Shown here: piece by piece, positions 56,726 through 64,000 of the stretch
Layout: the number at the start of each line of letters is the position of its first letter
How positions within the stretch are numbered: the first letter of the stretch is position 1
Source: Octopus vulgaris
Taxonomy: Eukaryota
NCBI GenBank assembly: GCA_951406725.2
Contig: OX597819.1
Coordinates: 25,358,001-25,422,000, forward strand
DNA length: 64,000 nucleotides
Direction of reading: 5' to 3'
Made by a program: the position numbers and the translations under genes
The notes under the pieces: generated by a model
What the model was told of the DNA's origin: nothing
What the model saw: the letters and a program-made list of their open reading frames with translations, nothing else
Databases searched by the model: none

Positions 56726-57018
56726 CTTAAGACGAAGAAATAATGTCTTAAAAGTTACAGGTGAAATTAAGAAGGTATATGACATTTAGGGCTGAAATTA
56801 AAACTTCAAAATATTCAAATAATTTATAGTGATATAGAGGTACTGTTTTATAAGGAAGGGTGGAAACAAAGCAAAAAATAACCCACAAAGTCTTTGAACA
56901 GTTGTGATTAGAGATAATGGTAGAGGCCGTAGGTTGCTCTCGTTCGGAGGTCTGGATTTAGCTTGAAATCGGAGTTGTTTATATCTGGGAACGAAAATTA
57001 ATTTGACGTATTATTATT

Positions 57019-57229
57019 AAGGCGGCGACCTGGCGGAATCATTAGCACGCCAGCGCGAAATACTTAGCGGTATTTCGTCTGCCGCTATGTTCTGAGTTCA
57101 AATTCCACCGAGGTTGACTTTGCCTTTCATCCTTTCTGGGTCGATAAATTAAGTACCAGTTGACTACTGAGGTCGATGTGATCGATTGTCCCTCTCCCCA
57201 CAAAATCCAGGCTTTGTGCCTTCAGTAGA

Positions 57230-57235
<6 letters not shown>
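57019..57235 (+). mobile_element. SINE family C variant (AGTAGAAAG tail followed by (ATT)n)
   Basis: Family C head and core; tail like that of 51686-51994. Confidence 0.88.
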
Positions 57236-57275
<40 letters not shown>

Positions 57276-57776
57276 GAGTGAGAGAGCAGTTCATGCCATC
57301 AAAGTGACACTGGGGTAAAATATACGAAGCCCAATATACCCATCATGACTACCCGTCTGATAAGGGTACACCAGGAACATGCATCACAACCATATGTGCG
57401 CGACATGGTGATCTCATATCAAGATAAACAGCACATGACCTTGCAGGTGAGGCCCAGTTAGAATTTTCTTCAGGTTGAGTAGCCCATCCCGCTCAAACGG
57501 TCCCTGAATAAGGATTGTTTAAGGATGTTGAAAGAACCACCCATGTTTCCAGAGGTGAATTATTCAAACCCCAAAGAATCCCTCTTAACACATGGCTATG
57601 ATGCTCCCCCACTACTTCTGCTCGTGATCAGAGATGCACATATCGTCAGCCACTAAGGGACATGCTCAACTGGTTAAGGTCAAACAACTGACAAGCAAAT
57701 CTGTGGTATTGAGCAGAATATTTGCTGTAGCCCATCTTTTATACCAAGACAAAACAATGTACATGATAACACTTCC
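57276..57776. mobile_element. Family E copy (shortened at one end) inside (ATT)n
   Basis: Starts GAGTGAGAGAGCAG; colinear with 58051-58550. Confidence 0.9.
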
Positions 57777-57818
<42 letters not shown>

Positions 57819-57842
57819 CATTATTATCATTATTAATATTAA

Positions 57843-57890
<48 letters not shown>

Positions 57891-57905
57891 CATCATCATC
57901 ATCAT

Positions 57906-58010
<105 letters not shown>

Positions 58011-58050
58011 TATTATTATTATTATTATTATGATTATTATTATCATTATT

Positions 58051-58605
58051 GAGTGAGAGGGAAGTGCATGCCATCAAAATGACACTGGGGTAAAATATAC
58101 GAAGCCTAGGATACCCATCATGACTACCCGTCTGATAAGGGTACACTAGGTACATGCATCACAACCATATGTGTGCGACATGGTGATCTCATATCAAGAT
58201 AAACAGCACATGACCTTGCAGGTGAGGCCCAGTTAGAATTTTGTTCTGGTCGAGTAACCCATCCCGCTCAAAAGGTCCCTGAATAAGGGTTGTTTAAGGA
58301 TGTTGAACGAAAGACCCCTGTTTCCAAAGCTGAATTATTCAAACCCCAAAGAATCCCTCTTAACACATGGCTATGATGCTCCCCCACTACTTCTGCTCGT
58401 GATCAGAGATGCACATATCGTCAGCCACTAAGGGACATGCTCAACTGGTTAAGGTCAAACAACTGACAAGCAAATCTGTAGTATTGAGTAGAATATTTGT
58501 TGTATCCCATCTTTTATACCAAGACAAAACAATGTACATGATAACACCTCCAATCAGTTAAGATCAGAAGCCATGAGAGCCACTGCCTGGTACTGCATCA
58601 GGGCG
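58051..58605. mobile_element. Family E copy inside (ATT)n
   Basis: Direct repeat of 57276-57776; (ATT/ATC)n tracts at 57777-58050 and 58606-58718. Confidence 0.9.
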
Positions 58606-58661
58606 TATTATTATTATTATTATTATTATTATCATTATTTTCATTATTATTATTATTATCA

Positions 58662-58692
<31 letters not shown>

Positions 58693-58720
58693 CATCATCA
58701 TTATTATTATTATTATTATG

Positions 58721-58931
58721 AAGGTGGCGAGCTGGCAGAATCGTCGCCGTGCTGGGCAAAATCTTAGCGGCATTTCATCCGTCTGCACGCTCTGAGTTCA
58801 ACTTACGCCAGGATAGACTTTGCTTTTTATCCTTTCGCGTCAATAAAATAAGGACCAGCTGAGCACTGGGAGTCACTGTTATCTAATTACATTCCTTCGA
58901 AATTGCTGGCTTTGTGCCAAAATTTGAAACC
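58721..58931 (+). mobile_element. SINE family C variant, close duplicate of 55522-55730
   Basis: Shares the same unusual substitutions. Confidence 0.82.
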
Positions 58932-59509
58932 GATATTATTATTATTGAATTCATTAGTTATAAAAATTATTGAACTATTGTAGTTCTGTTCTGAAAAGTT
59001 AAAATTTTCTGTTGTCCATCAGCTTGCTGCCGCTGGTGGAGTGTTCCCAAAGCAAGTGACTGTGTTTTATTATCTGTCTGTATGTATATACGTACACGTA
59101 CCTACGTACATACACATATACATACATACATGCATAAGAAGCCATTCTAAGGAGAAACTCTCAACAGCATATGAGTCGCACAGTGATAACTGTCTGATAT
59201 AATACTCTCAGTATGTGCATGCAATACCTTTACCACACGTAGTTGTACAGCTATATTTTCCATTGCTAATGTTTAGTGCTTTATGTAACCGAAATATCGA
59301 ACTACAGGTTAAAAGAATAACCTTTTGTGTTCTATTTTCATTCGTATATTTGTAACTCACAGTATTTTGACATTCTGAATCACTTTTAAAGATACATACA
59401 TGCATACATACATGCATACATACATACATACATACATACATACGCACACACACATACATATACATATATGCACGCACATATACACTATGGATGCATATAT
59501 ACATACACA

Positions 59510-59551
<42 letters not shown>

Positions 59552-60938
59552 CTGATATGTTCTTCAAAGTATCTCCCGATACCATCCACAAAACTCTGAG
59601 TCTCGATAAAAAATCAAAGATCTAATCGTGTAAATGAGATGAAAAACATTTCACCGATTAAAGGAACACATATCCTTCTAAGCAAAATCCATTTCACTTC
59701 AGATATTGTAAATACATCTCACACAGAGCAGAGTTCTCTTGCCTTTTAACATGACGAAAAGAGTAAGTTTTAAAAAGCAGCCAATAATTTTGAAAAGTTT
59801 TCTATAAAGATTTAACAAAATTAAAAGAAAACAATCCAGATACAACGAGGCACTTCAAAGTCATGAATATGCGCAAAACTAATGTCCGTAAACACCAAAG
59901 ATATTGATATCACTAATGCGTATATGAAAACTAATACTATAATATAGTCTCAGATAGTAGATATTTTGTAGTTGCAAGACCATACAGTACATTTCAAAAA
60001 TCCTAACGATAATGCAGATTAATATAACATGCCAATTGTGGAGAACACAATTATTTTAAATTTCACGAGTGTTGATAATAAAAAATTAGCCCTTTTGCTG
60101 TTATGAAATAATGGTGTACATGTCATTAAGTGGTATCAGAAATATATATTATAAGCATAATTTTCAATGTACGCAGTTGACTCATTAGAATTCTTTCCAA
60201 TCCTTTCTTCAGTAAGTTTGAGAATTTGATAGAGAAGGTTTTCTAATTTATGATACACAGATTAATGTCTCTATCGCACGCTTGGAAATCCCCGATGTCT
60301 TATGATAATTAGTTTTGCGTTATAGGTCAGTTATTGTCTGATGCAACCACGAGATAATACGTTGGAGTTGAGGTTCTGAATTAATAAATTTGTACACCTC
60401 AGGTGATTATTGATAAGATTCCGTTCGACGCACTTGTAGAAATGATGGGATATTCATCTTGCGAAATAGATGTGGTTATATAATGGGTGCTTTTAGAGAG
60501 AGAAATTCAAAATATTTAAAGATATTCAATTAAAGATCATAACTGATACGATACTTCGATACAACTTTAGATTTAAGCAATGGTAAATACTGACCTTATA
60601 GTAAACCTAATGAGATTATATAACTTCCAATCTCATCAATAATTCTTGTAAATCTTAATTAACAACATTAGTAAGTGAAAATCCAGTTTATCCTTTTACC
60701 AGGAATACTTTATCTTTGCTGCTCATTATTACAGTTGCATTGAAAAGCAGTGGCTTCGCTTCATAGATAATGTTACACACAAAACTAATACGATTGTTCA
60801 CAAACGAAAAGTAGAAATCTATAGTGTATATCACACAATTCTAGTTATTGTTTAAATATTCATTGAAATATTCGTTATCTTAAATCATACAAATAAGCAT
60901 AACCATAAATATCACAAATTGTCCAGTTGTAGTTTAAT

Positions 60939-61131
60939 AAGGTGGTGAGCTGGCAGCAAATGCTTGGTGGCATTTCGTCCGTCTTTAAGTTCTGGGTTCA
61001 ATTCCACCAAGATTGACTTTGTCTTTCATCCGTTCGGGGTCGATAAAATAATTATCATTTGAGTACAGGGGTCGATGTAATTTAGTAGTTCTCTGACCCG
61101 AAATTTATGACCTTGTGCCAAAATTTGAAAC
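60939..61131 (+). mobile_element. SINE family C variant, diverged
   Basis: GTCTTTCATCCGTTCGGGGTCGATAAA core and CCTTGTGCCAAAATTTGAAAC tail. Confidence 0.8.
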
Positions 61132-62378
61132 TTATAATAGCATAAAGCGAACTACAGTTGCATCAAATCCTTTGCTGTTTCCATGCTTCCAGGTACAAGA
61201 GAATCTCTTCCTCTCAATGTAATTTAAACAAGTATATTTTCTACACACAAAGGCATGTTTATACTTAAAGCAGCATTTGTTCGAGTTCTCTTTCTAGAAG
61301 ATAACAGTGAGACCAAAAATACTGTATTGGGTTGATTGAAAACTAACCATTCTGCTAACATTTGAACACAAGCAATGAAAAAGACGTCTAACTACTTCAC
61401 TCTCTAAATACATTTGGAACTTAAAGGATGGCAATATCAACAATAAGAGGATTAGCTGGTCCGTTTTAGAGCATAAGGTGCAATTTCTGCATCTTGCGGA
61501 CGTATATTACAGTGGCATTCAATTTAGAATAAAAGACCGGAATTGGTAACTTTTGCAGATATTTACATATAAAAGGATAACATATTTTATTTCATACATA
61601 CTGGAGTTGTTATAACCATGCCAGACAGCCATATATTTAAAAGCAGCACTGAGTTTTTCATGAATACTAACATTTAAATATGACTCATGTAAACCGTTTA
61701 ATAACGTTTAAAAAAATTTACTTAAGATGCACATATCTTAAGTGAGACGAAAACGCATTTTCGTATGGAAATGGATTTGCTTATACAGGCTTTATGCTAG
61801 GAGAGAAATAGGTTTATATGGCACACGTTTTCCAATATTTTCAATGTGGACAACGAAATCTCTATGTACTTTTGACTTTTGAATTTTGATACGTTTGCAA
61901 ATATTTTTGTTTATATGCTGTCATGCTGTTCATACAAGAAAGGTGCAAAACATGGCGACTTATTTAGTCTCAGGTCTGTCATGTAACCTAAGACTCATAA
62001 TGTCTGAGCTTAATAATGTTTCCACAGCATATAAGTGACAGATTACAACGCTCTCGACCATGAACGGGACACCAATCCTTCACATCTATTGCTGCAAATA
62101 ATTTACTGCTGAGTGGACAGGAAAAAGTGAAATGAAGTGCTTTGCACAATAACATAAAACACCACACTTGGTCCGGGAATCGAAATCATAATGGTAAGAT
62201 CGTGAATGAAACACTGTAACAGCTATGTCCTGTGTCACCTTCACAAACATAAAGTGGTTACCCCAAGAATTACCAAAATGATTATGATAAAAAAAATTTC
62301 AGTTTATTTATCTGCAGTATTTTATCAGGTAAAAGGCACACATTAGATAGTCAGTGCTATAAATATATAAGTTGATTA

Positions 62379-62541
62379 GGCGCAGGAGTAGCTATGTGGT
62401 AAGTAGCTTGCTTACCATTCACATGGTTCCAGGTTCAGTCCCACTGCGTGGAACTTTGGGCAAGTGTCTTCAACTATAGCCTCGAGCCGACCAAAGCCTT
62501 TTGAGTGGATTTAGTAGACGGAAACTGAAAGAAGCCCGTCG

Positions 62542-62580
<39 letters not shown>

Positions 62581-62800
62581 GTGTATATGTTTGTGTGTCT
62601 GTGTTTGTCCCCAACATCGCTTGACAACCGATGCTGGTGTGTTTACATCCTCGTAACTTAGCGGTTCAGCAAAAGAGACCGATAGAATAAGTACTAGGCT
62701 TACAAAGAATAAGTCCTGGGGTCGATTTGCTCGACTAAAGGCAGTGCTCCATCATGGCCGCAGTCAACTGACCGAAACAAGTAAAAGAATAAAAGAAAGA
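62379..62800 (+). mobile_element. SINE family A, full length
   Basis: Colinear with 1571-1975. Confidence 0.93.
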
Positions 62801-63800
62801 ATATACCAAACATAGAAAATCTGGCATATTTACCACCATTTTTCTGGTGGACATCTATATATTTCCGTGATTATTTACTTCATCAGCCACTGTTGAACTA
62901 AAGATAGTTACTCGTTTAGCTCACAATGTGTTGCACATACAAACGCTTACGTACAAATTCTCACCAATACATCTTATTGTAGAGATTAACAAAACAAACT
63001 AACAGGTAGAAACAACGTAGCCGAAGAAAAATTGCTTTCAGTCACACATATCGAACCTACAAGCCAAAAAGCAAGTATCTACGCCGTTTTAGACTACCAA
63101 AAATAATATCCCAAATCTTCCACCAATCACATACAATCGCTTTAAAAACACAAAGATGGTCTCAGTAGGTAAAAATCTTCTCAGATATGCCCACTAAGTC
63201 GGGATGGCTACAGCTGGAATGTCTTTGCTTTTAGGCTCTCTCGTGATTTTAGTCTCAACAACAAGATACCAATAACAACATACTAATGGATAAAGAAGTT
63301 ATAATATGGGCGTCATAACATACAATCATAAAAAATGGCAAAACAAAATTCGCTGATGAAGTTCTAGATGGAAAAACAATTGTTCAGATGACAATAGGTC
63401 TCCTTGCTGAGATCTAAACTTGGGGACTGAACAATAACATACAAACAGTCACGTTTAAGCAGAAGCAAGCATAGACTTACTTAGGCCTAAGAAGCCTAAT
63501 TATATCCCAATATAATACACAGATTAACGTGGTATACAATGAATGAATACGTAAACAGAAAACGGGGATCTATTTAGGCGAAGCATATTTAGAAGCAATT
63601 ATATCTTTCGTCAGAGGTAGAAGAAAACATTTATAATAAAACAGCCTAGAAAATATAATTTTCTAATACTTGTGTATTTGGTTGTGAAGTCCTGTTGATT
63701 AGCGTATCACTGATGTCTTTGCCTCGAAGCTAATCTCTGTGTTATCGGCGTCATTGCTATTTCCTTGGTCATTAGTACGGCCGGTCAGTGCAATAAATAA

Positions 63801-63941
63801 ATGTATGTATGTATGTATGTATGTATGTATGTATGTATGTATGTATGTATGTATGTATGTATGTATGTATGTATGCATGCATGTATGTGTACGTATTTAT
63901 GTACTATGTATGTATGTATTTATGTATGCTTATTTGTGTGA

Positions 63942-63986
<45 letters not shown>

Positions 63987-64000
63987 TATATATTATATAC
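63801..64000. repeat. (TATG)n then (TA)n microsatellites
   Basis: Direct read. Confidence 0.95.

Noticed and set aside
60000-61700. Possible very old CR1-like LINE on the minus strand (similar hints at 22800-23500)
   Set aside because: Only faint motif remnants (e.g. SLTNVV); needs a profile search.

Overview
AT-rich eukaryotic genomic DNA, most likely octopus/cephalopod; this is inferred from the tRNA-derived SINE families and the very dense microsatellites, not confirmed by a search. I could not support any host protein-coding exon, so the window reads as intronic or intergenic. Almost all listed ORFs are microsatellite or repeat artefacts. The window is a mosaic of mobile elements: at least four tRNA-derived SINE types (many with TSDs), Tx1/L1-like LINE fragments including ORF1-only derivatives, an R4/Dong-like RLE fragment, degraded CR1-like RT, three Penelope-like loci with hammerhead(-like) ribozyme motifs, Tc1/mariner relics and MITEs, two non-autonomous Helitron/Helentron elements, and a ~550-bp repeat found only inside (AAT)n tracts. 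The most interesting signals are: (i) a Tx1-like LINE and its partner SINE apparently inserting repeatedly at one site inside the SINE's own tRNA-like head (52040-55310); (ii) a 347-bp palindrome carrying a hammerhead ribozyme on each strand (16569-16915); (iii) all four combinations of two SINE bodies and two tails in one window; (iv) ORF1-only HAL1-like elements, one with a twin-priming-type inversion. Coordinates were read by eye and degraded boundaries are approximate. The family labels A-E are my own.
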